Origin: Nitrospirota bacterium
Lineage (GTDB): Bacteria > Nitrospirota > UBA9217
Assembly: GCA_963845065.1 (NCBI GenBank)
Contig: CAWJQQ010000009.1
Span: 1,088,001 to 1,152,000 of the forward strand
DNA: 64,000 nt
Direction of reading: 5' to 3'
The position numbers were made by a program, and so were the translations under genes. Shown piece by piece: positions 29,809 to 40,217 of this stretch; position 1 is the stretch's first letter, and the number at the start of each line of letters is the position of its first letter. A model generated the notes under the pieces. The model searched no databases. It had not been told where the DNA came from and saw only the letters and a program-made list of their open reading frames with translations.

Positions 29809-31515
29809 ATGCCTCTTTTCGGCTTCAAGAGAAGACATATCCGCGACATCCCGCGAATCGGCCGGATCATTGGCGTGGCTTCCCGCCACGGGTTCGGCCA
29901 ACTGGTAGAACAGCTTGGTCTGCAGCGGTTCTTTTCGCTGAGCAGACGAATTATTTCGTTTGAAAAGCCCCCATCTATTGCCCACCATATAAGCACGCCA
30001 GAACGTCTCCGGCTGATGTTCGAGGATCTAGGGCCGACGTTTATCAAATTCGGGCAGGTGTTGGCATGCCGACCAGACATGCTGCCAATAGAATATTCCC
30101 GCGAATTTCTGAAATTAACGGACTCCGTTGCACCGTTCCCTTCTGCTGAGGTAACAAAAATAATTGAAGAAGATCTCAAGGCAACGATTAACACATTGTT
30201 TGCTTCCTTTGACAGTGTTCCTGTAGCAGCCGCGTCTATTGCGCAGGTGCATCGGGCTACTCTTCGGGACGGCAGGGCGGTAATCGTAAAGGTCCAGCGA
30301 CCCCACATCACGGGCATAATTGAACGGGATATCAGCATCATGCGATGGCTTGCCGAGCTCATTGAGGCACAGTTCCCTGATATCGCCCCCTACGATCTGC
30401 CGGGTATTATTGATGAGTTCGCGCGCACGATTAAACGGGAACTCGATTTTTTCATCGAGGCATCGAACGCCACCCAACTCCGAAAGAATTTCATCGACAG
30501 TCCAGTTCTCTACGTACCTCAGGTCTACACTGAATTATCGAGTAAGAGGGTCATTGTCCTTGAGAAAATCATGGGGATTCGGATCGACGCGTATGAGCGT
30601 CTTGACCTCGAGGGGTATGACCGAAAGGAAATCGCCCGGAAAGGGGCAGCGGCATATTTCAAGATGGTGTTGAAGGACGGTTTCTTTCACGCCGATCCTC
30701 ACCCTGGGAATATTTTTGTGCTCCCGGATGGCAGGCTCGGACTCGTGGATTTTGGTATCATGGGCCGTGTTACTGAAGAAAATATGGAACATTTTGCATC
30801 CATTTTTCTGGCCCTGGCGAACCATGATTATGACGCGCTCGTCCGGCAGTACGTCGAACTCGGGTTTGTGTCTGAGACATCTGTAGATTTAGAACAGTTT
30901 CAGCGGGAGATGAAGCAAGACCTGGTTGAACTCCTCGAACCCTACTACGTCATGCAGGTGAAACAAATAGATTTTGGCGCCTACATCGATCATGTCACCC
31001 ACATACTACTCAGGCACCATTTGAAGCTACCATCGAATCTCTACCTTATGGACAAATCGCTTATCACCCTTGAGGGTATCTTGAAACAGCTTGATCCTGA
31101 GTTCAATTATTTCGAGGCAGCGACGCCATATGTGGCTGACCTCATTCGTCATAGTCGAGACCCCATAAGGGCTGCTCAGAACATGAAAAAGAACATGTCT
31201 GAATTCGTCGATACTATGACGCTCTTGCCGCGGCAGATCAAAGCGACGTTCAGAAAAATTACCCACGGCGAGATTCGAATCACCGTCCATCATGAAGAAC
31301 TGCAAAATCTGATCAGGGACATTGACAAGTCGAGTAACCGTCTGGCATTTAGCGTCATTACAGCAGCCATCATTGTGGCGTCATCAATCATCATCCACTC
31401 GGCACAGGGCCCGATGCTTTTTGGCTTGCCAATGATCGGCCTGGTAGGGTATGTTATTGCAGCTCTGCTGGGCATTTGGATTCTGATAGGCATACTCAGA
31501 TCAGGTCAGTTATAA
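29809..31515 (+). CDS. AarF/ABC1/UbiB family kinase
   Basis: LGPTFIKFGQ, AAASIAQVH, VKVQRP, FFHADPHPGN and DFG motifs. Confidence 0.95.
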   Translation: MPLFGFKRRHIRDIPRIGRIIGVASRHGFGQLVEQLGLQRFFSLSRRIISFEKPPSIAHHISTPERLRLMFEDLGPTFIKFGQVLACRPDMLPIEYSREFLKLTDSVAPFPSAEVTKIIEEDLKATINTLFASFDSVPVAAASIAQVHRATLRDGRAVIVKVQRPHITGIIERDISIMRWLAELIEAQFPDIAPYDLPGIIDEFARTIKRELDFFIEASNATQLRKNFIDSPVLYVPQVYTELSSKRVIVLEKIMGIRIDAYERLDLEGYDRKEIARKGAAAYFKMVLKDGFFHADPHPGNIFVLPDGRLGLVDFGIMGRVTEENMEHFASIFLALANHDYDALVRQYVELGFVSETSVDLEQFQREMKQDLVELLEPYYVMQVKQIDFGAYIDHVTHILLRHHLKLPSNLYLMDKSLITLEGILKQLDPEFNYFEAATPYVADLIRHSRDPIRAAQNMKKNMSEFVDTMTLLPRQIKATFRKITHGEIRITVHHEELQNLIRDIDKSSNRLAFSVITAAIIVASSIIIHSAQGPMLFGLPMIGLVGYVIAALLGIWILIGILRSGQL

Positions 31516-31637
31516 CGATCAAGCATTTTTTTTGTTACAGTCGTTTATAATTTTTTAAAAAATAATTTCTTAAGGTTTTCTGCAACTTCCGTATCATTCT
31601 CTGCTCATTCGCGGTGAATGTTTTTTGAAGCTTAGAA

Positions 31638-32744
31638 ATGCTTGTAGTGAGGTTATTAACCGTGCCAGAAGAAAAAGAACAGAAACGGCAGCAAAGGTGG
31701 GAGCATATTCGCAGAGGGACAAAGAAAAATCCTTGGCTGATGTTTCTCGCTACGACAGCAATGTTAACCGTCATCATCCATTTTTATATTGCGCTCTTTG
31801 TGCCGCCGACTAACGAAAAAGTGTGGAAGGAAATCCAGGTTACCGATGGCATGAGTTTCAAAACGATCGCGGCAACACTCCAGAAAGAAGGGATTATCCG
31901 CTATCGAGGTTACTTCGAGATTATCGGCAGGATTGAGGGTATCAGTCGCAAAGTCCGGGTTGGCTACTACGGATTAAGCACGAGCATGAGCTTGTGGGAA
32001 GTGCTTGATGCCTTGCGCAAAGGTAAAATCATCGAATATGAAGTGGTGATCCCTGAAGGATACAATATATATCAGATCGCCTGGACGCTTTCCGGTACAC
32101 CGCTTGTCTCCGACCCGCAGGAATTTATCAAACTCGTTAAGAACAAGGAGTTTGTGCATTCAGTCGGCATTGATGCCGATTCGCTCGAAGGTTACCTCTT
32201 CCCGGACACTTATTTCTTACCCAAGGGAATAAAACTGGAAGACATTCCCAGGAAAATGGTCCAGCGCTACAAAGCCGCATTCGTTGACAGTTACCGGAAC
32301 CGTGCAAAGGAACTCGGTTATAGCGAACACCAGATTATCACTCTGGCTTCGATTGTTGAGAAGGAAGCAAAAGTGCCTTCAGAACGTAAGCTCATTGCAG
32401 CTGTGTACCAAAACCGACTCAAGCTCGGCATGAAACTTCAAGCGGACCCTACGGCGGTCTATGGAACAAAAGCGTGGATCACGAAAGTAACGGCTAAAGA
32501 CCTCAAGCGGAAATCACCCTATAACACGTATTTGCACAAGGGATTGCCCCCAGGGCCTATCGCAAATCCTGGTGAGGGCTCCATTCTTGCAACACTTTAT
32601 CCCGATAATGTTGACTATCTTTTTTTTGTTGCCCAGGGCGACGGCAGCCACTTTTTTTCGAAAGATTTCAGAGCCCATGCGAAGGCTATCGTAAGATATC
32701 GGTTAAATAAAAAGAAGTCCAGAAGACGGGCCATGGCAAAGTGA
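31638..32744 (+). CDS. mltG: Endolytic transglycosylase MltG
   Basis: LEGYLFPDTY, LASIVEKE, LQADPT and SPYNTY...GLPPGPIANPG motifs. Start could be GTG 31662. Confidence 0.95.
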   Translation: MLVVRLLTVPEEKEQKRQQRWEHIRRGTKKNPWLMFLATTAMLTVIIHFYIALFVPPTNEKVWKEIQVTDGMSFKTIAATLQKEGIIRYRGYFEIIGRIEGISRKVRVGYYGLSTSMSLWEVLDALRKGKIIEYEVVIPEGYNIYQIAWTLSGTPLVSDPQEFIKLVKNKEFVHSVGIDADSLEGYLFPDTYFLPKGIKLEDIPRKMVQRYKAAFVDSYRNRAKELGYSEHQIITLASIVEKEAKVPSERKLIAAVYQNRLKLGMKLQADPTAVYGTKAWITKVTAKDLKRKSPYNTYLHKGLPPGPIANPGEGSILATLYPDNVDYLFFVAQGDGSHFFSKDFRAHAKAIVRYRLNKKKSRRRAMAK

Positions 32745-32878
32745 AAAAGCCTGCTAGGGCTGCAGCTAATCTTTATTAAATATTAGCAACTTCCTCCATT
32801 GCATCAACAAAACAAAACGGGTTACTGCCTGACGTAACCCCGCATTGTTTCAATTCCCGAAAAAGTCTGAAACTCAAA

Positions 32879-33259
32879 TTATTTTTCCTCTTTTGCCACC
32901 CAAAGAGACTTCCCCTTATTGTCTCCTGATTTAAAAATAATTAACGTCATATCCTTGATGAATTTCTTCCGTTTCTTGTAGTTAACAAATTGTGAAGCGG
33001 AAAATTTAACTATATACGAGTACGAGCCATCTTGCTTACGGATGCTTCGTGACAGGATTGCTATTGGTGAAATCGCCGTCATCGGACTCGCCTGGATCCA
33101 TGCTTTGATTGCATTGATTGTTTCTTCGTCTGACAGTACGACAGGGGAGGCCTCTGTAGGCGCTGATGATGGGCCTGATGATTTAGAACATCCTGCCGAA
33201 AGGAGTGCCAATACCGTGAATGCAAATAAAACCGAAACCAACTTCGTTTTACATATCAT
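32879..33259 (-). CDS. Hypothetical lipoprotein
   Basis: Signal peptide with lipobox LSAGC. ATG 33259 chosen because ATG 33283 lies inside the IS630 end. Confidence 0.65.
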   Translation of the reverse strand: MICKTKLVSVLFAFTVLALLSAGCSKSSGPSSAPTEASPVVLSDEETINAIKAWIQASPMTAISPIAILSRSIRKQDGSYSYIVKFSASQFVNYKKRKKFIKDMTLIIFKSGDNKGKSLWVAKEEK

Positions 33260-33278
33260 CTTTATCTTCCATGTGCTG

Positions 33279-34390
33279 TACATAACGACATAAATAATTG
33301 CGCATAATGCTTTTTTCTGTTATACTCCCTCCTGAATGGAGGGCTTATGCAAAAACTCGAAATCAAAGATGCAGATATCATGCGAATTTCGGTGAAACAA
33401 GAAATTTTGCGGTCTGATGAATCTCGATACGATCATAAGCTTCACGGCATCCTCTTAGTAAGCTCCGGATATAGCAGCACAGAGGTGGCAAAGCTCTTCA
33501 GGCACAGTCCTCGAACCGTTCAGTACTGGGTCCACCGTTTTGAGCAAAGCGGTTTTGCCGGTCTGCAAGAGATACAGCGATCCGGACGCCCAACCACCTT
33601 AGATGCTGGCATCAGAAAACGTATCGGTCGCGATCTGCGTCGATCTCCGCGCGATTTAGGCTACTCTCAGAACCTGTGGGATGGAAAGCTTCTGAGCCAT
33701 CACCTGTTCCAAAAGTTCGGGGTAGATGTCGGAGTTCGACAATGCCAGCGGATATTCCATCAACTGGGATTCCGCCGGAGAAAACCTCGTCCTGTTATTG
33801 CGAACGCCGATCCTGTGGCACAGCAAAAGTTTAAAAAAACTTCGGCGTCTGGCACTGAGAACCGATATTGACCTCTGGTTTGAAGATGAATGCCATTTCC
33901 AGCAGCATGGATCACGATGAGCCATGTGGATACCACCGGAAGTGATTGATTCCGACCTCCTGCAGCACCGACTAGAAAAAGTATTGGGATCTTCGGGGCT
34001 GTCGGCAGTGAAGATGGATGTTTAGTCACAAGCCGTGAGAAGAAGTTTGACCATGACAATTCTCTCGTTTTTACAAAAGTTGGTGCGTCATCGTAGGCGG
34101 GGCCGAAAAATGATTGTTGTCTTGGATAACGCTCGTTGGCACCATGCCAGGTATTTAAAATTATGGCTGAATAAGCACCGGCATATCTTGAAACTAGTTT
34201 TTTTGCCACCATACAGCCCAGAACTGAACACCGAGCGAGTATGGAAACTGACGCGAACACTTTGCACTCATAATCGATACTTCGCTGAGATCGAAAAACT
34301 TATCGAAGCTGTATCGAACCAGTTTGAGGCATGGCGCAAACCCAACAACACGCTTCGTCGGTTATGCGCAATCATTTAAGACGCTGAGTA
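33279..34390 (+). mobile_element. IS630-family insertion sequence (defective)
   Basis: About 29-bp imperfect TIRs TACATAACGACATAAATAATTGCGCATAA / TTATGCGCAATCATTTAAGACGCTGAGTA, with TA at both ends. Confidence 0.9.
33347..34379 (+). pseudogene. IS630 transposase, disrupted
   Basis: HTH ORF, slippery TTTAAAAAAA 33830-33839, and WFEDE, VLDNARWH and LPPYSPELN motifs. In-frame TGA at 33918-33920 plus further frameshifts. Confidence 0.9.
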
Positions 34391-34532
34391 TAGATATCTT
34401 GAATTTGCGATATGTTTTATCACTTCCACTCTCGTATAGTCGGTTTAAACACATGCCTGGCTTTGAACAGACATTATCTTGACCTTTTTGCACACCATTT
34501 TTGTACAGGTAAGTAAAAAAAGAAAACATAAT

Positions 34533-35384
34533 CTATTCTCTCTGCCTTGGATCAAGTGCATCGCGGATACCTTCACCGAGGAGGTTATAGCCGAGGACGG
34601 TAACAAGGATTGCTAGGCCCGGGAAGGCTGAGAGCCACCACGCAATCTCAATATTGTCCTTTCCCGAAGATAGAAGGCTTCCCCAGGATGGTGTAGGCGG
34701 CTGGACGCCGAGGCCGAGGAAACTTAAAGCAGACTCGATAAGGATGGCACCTCCGATACCCATAGTGGCGGAGACGAGGATTGGGGCTAGGCCGTTCGGC
34801 AGGACGTGTTTGATTATGATTCTGCTGTCCGCTGCGCCGATAGCGCGCGCGGCGATCACGAACTCGCGCTCCTTGAGCGATATGAACTCCGCACGAATAA
34901 GGCGAGCCGGCTCCATCCAGCTCGTGAGGCCTATCACGACCATGATGTTGATGATGCTCGGTTCTAGTATCGCGATCACGGCAAGTACAAGAAAAATCGT
35001 TGGAATACTCAGCATAATGTCAACGGCGCGCATGACGGCGCTATCGATCCAGCCTCCGTAATATCCGGCGATGGAGCCGAGGATAAGGCCCATTATGGTC
35101 GCGATCCCGACTGCGACGAACCCGACCTCGAGAGAAATCCTTCCACCCCATAGCATTCTTGAAAGAACATCTCTGCCGAGATCGTCAGTACCAAGAAGAT
35201 GCGACCAACTGGGGCCGACGAGGATGTTTTTGATGTCGATTTTGGATGGGTCATATGGAGCGAATCGCGGCGCAAAAATTGACAGCACGAAGACAAGTAA
35301 TACCAGGATCCCTCCGACGACCGCGAGTTTGTTCCGCATAAGATGATGAAAAGTCTGGGAAGTGAAGGATTCTGAGTTGTTCAT
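34533..35384 (-). CDS. Peptide/nickel ABC transporter permease (OppC/DppC-like)
   Basis: LGTDDLGRD, EFVIAARAIGA and ESALSFLGLG motifs. Confidence 0.95.
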   Translation of the reverse strand: MNNSESFTSQTFHHLMRNKLAVVGGILVLLVFVLSIFAPRFAPYDPSKIDIKNILVGPSWSHLLGTDDLGRDVLSRMLWGGRISLEVGFVAVGIATIMGLILGSIAGYYGGWIDSAVMRAVDIMLSIPTIFLVLAVIAILEPSIINIMVVIGLTSWMEPARLIRAEFISLKEREFVIAARAIGAADSRIIIKHVLPNGLAPILVSATMGIGGAILIESALSFLGLGVQPPTPSWGSLLSSGKDNIEIAWWLSAFPGLAILVTVLGYNLLGEGIRDALDPRQRE

Positions 35385-35436
35385 TGTTGTCTCCTGTCAC
35401 TTTTGTAAAAAATCAGACAAAATCCCTCGCGCCTCG

Positions 35437-36414
35437 TTACCGGAGCCTTACTCTAGGGTCTGTAAATGCATAGCCGATATCGGCGAGAAAGTTGCCGAGC
35501 ATCGTGAGAAATGCCGCAGGCACCAGGATACCCATGGCGAGATTATAGTCACGCGACAATACGGCCTGAAACATGAGTTGTCCCATTCCGGGAATGCCGA
35601 ATACCTGTTCCATGATTGCGCTTCCACCGATGAGCCCCGGCAGTGCGAGACCGAGAATAGTTATCACGGGCATAAGGGCATTACGTAGTGCGTGCTTGTA
35701 GATGATCACCCTATCGGAGAGGCCTTTTGCGCGTGCCGTGCGGATATAGTCCTGGCGCATGACCTCGAGCATGTTGTTTCGTACGTATCGAGAAAATCCT
35801 GCCAGCCCTCCAAAAGCGGAGACGAATACGGGAAGGATTAGGTGGTTTGCTTCGTCTGATATTCTGCCCCAGAAAGTTAGTCCCGAGATGTCAAGGCTGT
35901 GAATGCCTGAAATTGGCAGCACACCCCATTGAACGCCGAAGAGATAAATAAGGAGAAGCGCAAGCCAAAACGATGGTGTAGAAAAACCGATGAATACGAA
36001 CATGGTCGAAAACCGGTCGAGAAGCGAGTATTGACGGGTGGCTGACATGATGCCAATGGGTATAGCGATCAAAAGCACTAAACCAAGCGACAACAGGTTG
36101 ATCGTGAGTGTGATTGGGAGACGCTCAAGGATTTTGTCTTTGACTTTTCTACCATCGGCAAAGGCCTCGCCAAAATCAAGCGTCATGAACTTGCCAAGCC
36201 ATGTGGCATACTGTTTGTAAAACGGCTGGTCGGCGCCGTAAAGCTTTCGGAGTCTCTCCCTTGCTTCCGCTGATGCCTTTGCTGAGAAGTCCATCTGCGC
36301 CTCAGCCGGTCCGCCGGGGGCAAGACGCATAACGCCGAAGCTCAGTACCGTGATACCGAGCAGGATGGGAATCATCAGAAGCGTGCGTTTGAATATATAC
36401 GTGAGCATCGCCAA
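35437..36414 (-). CDS. Peptide/nickel ABC transporter permease (OppB/DppB-like)
   Basis: DYIRTARAKGL, HALRNAL and EQVFGIPGMG motifs. Confidence 0.95.
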   Translation of the reverse strand: MAMLTYIFKRTLLMIPILLGITVLSFGVMRLAPGGPAEAQMDFSAKASAEARERLRKLYGADQPFYKQYATWLGKFMTLDFGEAFADGRKVKDKILERLPITLTINLLSLGLVLLIAIPIGIMSATRQYSLLDRFSTMFVFIGFSTPSFWLALLLIYLFGVQWGVLPISGIHSLDISGLTFWGRISDEANHLILPVFVSAFGGLAGFSRYVRNNMLEVMRQDYIRTARAKGLSDRVIIYKHALRNALMPVITILGLALPGLIGGSAIMEQVFGIPGMGQLMFQAVLSRDYNLAMGILVPAAFLTMLGNFLADIGYAFTDPRVRLR

Positions 36415-36786
36415 GTAATTGTCCGGTTATCTAATACAAGAAGTCGTAGGGTTTTTCCGGATGGAGAATTTTAATACCATTGAGTTGGCTGTGTTTTGCC
36501 CTGTCTGCTGCTTAACGGCCAAACACCGTAAGCCCAAGCTTCCAGGTAAGATCGATCGACGCAACTTTATTGCGAAGATGTCATCCATAACGAGATCACC
36601 GTAATCAAGTTTGAACACTGCGATTGAGATTTTTACGAAAAACGGGACAACAGAACCTGTCCGATCTTACCTGGCAATAATCATAGTCTAAAACGGAGGG
36701 CATTTCAAGCGGAAATCGATTGCCCTGAAACCATCAAATAATAACATAGATAGACCGAATGCGCTTGTTTGGCGGATACATAGCGC

Positions 36787-36815
36787 TTGACAATGTGTAG
36801 CACTGTGAGTATTAT
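36787..36815 (+). promoter_or_regulatory. Promoter of the tRNA cluster
   Basis: TTGACA-17 bp-TATTAT, 40 bp upstream of tRNA-Pro. Confidence 0.7.
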
Positions 36816-36854
36816 ATGGCCTACAAGTAAGGGGTAAACAGCAGCGAAGTACCT

Positions 36855-36931
<77 letters not shown>

Positions 36932-37008
36932 TTTAAATGCGGAATGAGTGGCATGGGCTACGGCCTTTCAAACTATGAATTCACCGTTCCGAATTCCGCA
37001 TTTTGAAT

Positions 37009-37085
37009 GCGCCTGTAGCTCAGGTGGATAGAGCAACAGCCTTCTAAGCTGTGGGTCAGGGGTTCGAATCCCTTCAGGCGCGCCA
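37009..37085 (+). tRNA. tRNA-Arg(TCT)
   Basis: Anticodon arm ACAGC-CTTCTAA-GCTGT, GTTCGAATC T-loop, CCA. Confidence 0.97.
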
Positions 37086-37203
37086 ATTGAAGCATATGTG
37101 CAGATACGATTACAGCATCTGGATGTTTATTGATAAATAGCAAGCGACACACTACAATAAAAAAATCAGCACATTTAAAATCCATAATCTCAAATAATTT
37201 CAT

Positions 37204-37280
37204 GGTGGGCGTAGCTCAGCTGGTAGAGCACAAGGTTGTGGCCCTTGTGGCCGCGGGTTCAAACCCCGTCGCTCACCCCA
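37204..37280 (+). tRNA. tRNA-His(GTG)
   Basis: Anticodon arm CAAGG-TTGTGGC-CCTTG, G-1 with C73, CCA. Confidence 0.97.
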
Positions 37281-37336
37281 TTTTTTTAATAGAGACGGCC
37301 GATCTGGCCGTCTTGATTTTTCTCAGGACAGTAACT

Positions 37337-37413
<77 letters not shown>

Positions 37414-37538
37414 TAAGAACTCCACTTTGAGAAATTCGTGGTTTGTAGTGGCTTGTAGTTGTGAGTTCGGAGTTTTGAGTTGTATAAGTCCAGAACTAAT
37501 AATGCACTTCATCAAACTGAAAACGAAAACCTAAATAT

Positions 37539-37615
37539 GCGCCCGTAGCTCAGCTGGATAGAGCGTTGGCCTCCGAAGCCAAAGGTCGTGGGTCCGAATC
37601 CCGCCGGGCGCACCA
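37539..37615 (+). tRNA. tRNA-Arg(CCG), probable prophage attachment site, with atypical T-loop
   Basis: Anticodon arm TTGGC-CTCCGAA-GCCAA, T-loop TCCGAAT, CCA. The integrase gene ends 35 bp downstream. Confidence 0.92.
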
Positions 37616-37649
37616 AATAAACAATAAATTATCAATAACTTAAAGCCTG

Positions 37650-38747
37650 TCATTGTTTGACAGGCTTTTTCTTTGACTTCTGCTGAGCATGATTTAGCCC
37701 AGGTTGCGTTATTTCTCGTGTGCTTGGAGGTCTGAGCCTGTCGATCGCGCTGGTGGTCTGTAGCAGGAACGTGGGCATCACACGGGCATAAATCTGGGTT
37801 GTTCTCTGATCTTGATGCCCCAGAATGGCGCTGATCTTCGATAGCGGTTCACCCTCGGAGAGTGCCCAGGTTGCAAAGCTGTGCCTGAGCATATGAGGCG
37901 TCACCTTGATTCCGCTATTGGTACTGGCTATCTCGTAGGCTTTGCGTGCTTCTAATGTCCCCTGGAAGAGATATGGACCCTTCCTGGCACTCTTTAGTTT
38001 TTCGATCACCTCACTGGCCCAGGCATTGAGTTTGATGACGATCTCCTCTTTGGTCTTTCCCCTCTTGTATTTGATTATCCCGAGTTCTTCAACATAGTTT
38101 TTATTCCAGGTCAGTTTTGCGAGCTCGCTGTCCGGAATGCCGGTGCAGAGCTCGAGGATTGCCCGGTAGCGGTTGATAGGTTTGGTAATGTGCTGCAACC
38201 AGGTTGCGAATTGGTCTGGGGTGACGTATTTCGGGAGAGGCCGGGGGGCGCGGAGCAGCTGAATATATACCGGTGCCTTATCGATCACACCATTGCGGAT
38301 CGCTCGACGGTAGACGGCGCCCAGACACTTGAGTCGCTTATTGATGGTCTCGGGATGGTAGGGCATCGAGATGCCTTTCTTGTCCGTCCAGTTTCTCATT
38401 TTTGAGATGAAGTCTTCGATGTTTTTATTCGTAAGGTGATCGGCGCGGATATTGCCAAAAGCTGGCCGCAGGAAGAGTCGCACATAGAGCTCGGCATGCT
38501 TATAGGTCCTGGGCTCACGATGGTTTTTCATGAATTGGAGATATTCATCGAAGAGTTCACCGAGAAGCGGGATCCGCCGGCGACCTGGGAGGCCCAGGAG
38601 CCCATGCCGGAAATTATAATCGAAGTCGCTGAAGGCCTCCCGCGCGATCCCTTCATCAGAGGTTCGCAGGCTTTTGCGGTGCTGGATCCCTTCATGCCAC
38701 CAGGCTATATACCATTTCCCATTCGGACGTTTGAAAAGAGTGGGCAT
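37650..38747 (-). CDS. int: Phage tyrosine integrase, first catalytic Arg replaced by Pro
   Basis: Arm-binding N-terminus, PHMLRHSFAT, LGH and TQIY present. Box I reads CTGIPDSEL instead of TGxRxxE. Confidence 0.9.
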   Translation of the reverse strand: MPTLFKRPNGKWYIAWWHEGIQHRKSLRTSDEGIAREAFSDFDYNFRHGLLGLPGRRRIPLLGELFDEYLQFMKNHREPRTYKHAELYVRLFLRPAFGNIRADHLTNKNIEDFISKMRNWTDKKGISMPYHPETINKRLKCLGAVYRRAIRNGVIDKAPVYIQLLRAPRPLPKYVTPDQFATWLQHITKPINRYRAILELCTGIPDSELAKLTWNKNYVEELGIIKYKRGKTKEEIVIKLNAWASEVIEKLKSARKGPYLFQGTLEARKAYEIASTNSGIKVTPHMLRHSFATWALSEGEPLSKISAILGHQDQRTTQIYARVMPTFLLQTTSAIDRLRPPSTREITQPGLNHAQQKSKKKPVKQ

Positions 38748-38757
38748 TATCAGCTTT

Positions 38758-39546
38758 TTATGATGTAGGAGTCAAGCCATCGGGAGAGGATTGTGATGCT
38801 GTTGGAGCTGGTGCTTCTTTCGATGTGAGAGTCGGTTCTTCTTTCGGTTTTGGATGAGGTTGTTTTCTTCTTCTGATGATTTTTACATCGCCAATCAATT
38901 CCCACGTTTCTTTTGAGATCATTGTCTTGATATGTTCGGCCAGTTCCTCTTCATCAATTTTTATATCTGATGAATTTTTAAGGTGTGCGCGGATCAACCG
39001 TAGAGTATTTTCATGAAATATTGCCTGGACAATGCTCTTGGGAGAAAGAATTTTTTTTCTGGTAAAGCAATCTTCGAGCTCTCCTTTTGTAATGTTTTTT
39101 CTATGAAGCATTCCGAGTTTCGAAGCTGCATCCTTGATATCTCCTTCTAAAATATCTAAAGACCAGGCTAGTTCTATTTGGATCCCCTCATCGAAACTGA
39201 GATGATACATATTCCAATTCTTTCCATTGCTAAGGAGTACCCATGTCACTCCGGCGTTTGCTGCATAATTGCTTGCCTGTTCAATGTGTTTTTCTTTCAG
39301 TGCAAGACCTGCCTGTTTGACTTCAATGAAAAAAAGAACTTTCCCATCAATCTTTATTGCATAATCTACATTTCTATCTTTTACCGCATGCTCCCGTGAT
39401 ATCTCGTTGAACACATCATAGCCTAATACATCTTCACAGAATTTGCTGATACGCATCGATGTATCGGATTCATTCATTGCTTGATCGAATGCCTGTTGAA
39501 AAACCGGAAGATATTTCTTGAGCTCTTTCGTTATATCGATAGTCAT
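38758..39546 (-). CDS. Type I restriction enzyme HsdR N-terminal domain protein (prophage accessory)
   Basis: NESDT...DVLGYD...VDYAI...FIEVK...QASNYA...LSNG PD-(D/E)xK pattern. Confidence 0.8.
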   Translation of the reverse strand: MTIDITKELKKYLPVFQQAFDQAMNESDTSMRISKFCEDVLGYDVFNEISREHAVKDRNVDYAIKIDGKVLFFIEVKQAGLALKEKHIEQASNYAANAGVTWVLLSNGKNWNMYHLSFDEGIQIELAWSLDILEGDIKDAASKLGMLHRKNITKGELEDCFTRKKILSPKSIVQAIFHENTLRLIRAHLKNSSDIKIDEEELAEHIKTMISKETWELIGDVKIIRRRKQPHPKPKEEPTLTSKEAPAPTASQSSPDGLTPTS

Positions 39547-39666
39547 GTCCCCTCCTATTTTAATCTTTCAGGGAAATCGAAACGAAATATAGGGAATCCC
39601 CGATTGTTTCTAGCCTCGATGAAGTATATTCTTGAACTTTAAAACAATATTAACTGAATAGGGATG

Positions 39667-40083
39667 TCATCCTGCTTTTTTATGAGAACGCCTTGCAATC
39701 CTCGGGCTCGCGCTCTCGCTGCGAGTCCCATTCTTTTTTTTAGCCCTCTCTATCCATATTTCTTCCTGTTCTCTAACATCATCGGCTATGCCGAGATGTT
39801 CTTCTATCCGATATAATCTGATTCTCTCTTGTTCTTTTTCATCTTTGACTATAGGCGTATCGTCAGTAATAAAAAATTCCCACAAGTCGACATCGCCCAA
39901 GGCTTTGCATACTCTTTCAATATAATCAGTCCCCATTGCATCGGCGCCGGTTTCATAAGCGCTGATCCTTCCTGGCGTACTTCCGATTTTTATTGCAAGC
40001 TCCGGTTGTTTTAAACCATGAGATTCTCTAATCCTTCGCAGGTTTTTAGATGTCACTCCGATATAATCAAATTTTTTACTCAC
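39667..40083 (-). CDS. XRE-family HTH repressor (CI-like); start uncertain (GTG 40083 or 40056)
   Basis: NLRRIRESHGLKQPELAIKIGSTPGRISAYETG HTH, divergent from the lytic operon. Confidence 0.85.
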   Translation of the reverse strand: MSKKFDYIGVTSKNLRRIRESHGLKQPELAIKIGSTPGRISAYETGADAMGTDYIERVCKALGDVDLWEFFITDDTPIVKDEKEQERIRLYRIEEHLGIADDVREQEEIWIERAKKKNGTRSESASPRIARRSHKKAG

Positions 40084-40102
40084 AGAAAAGAGTATAGGAA
40101 TA

Positions 40103-40217
40103 TTTCCAAGTTCTGGCAATGCCGGAGTTTGGAACAACATACTATAAAATCTCCTAAATTTGGTAATGACCAGGAATTGAAAATAAATCTTGACAAAATA
40201 CCAAACTCTGGTATAGT
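40103..40217. promoter_or_regulatory. Lysis-lysogeny switch: rightward promoter plus four 17-bp operator-like sites
   Basis: TTGACA 40190-40195 and TG-G-TATAGT 40209-40217. CC(A)-N5-TGG sites at 40103, 40119, 40150 and 40198. Confidence 0.7.
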
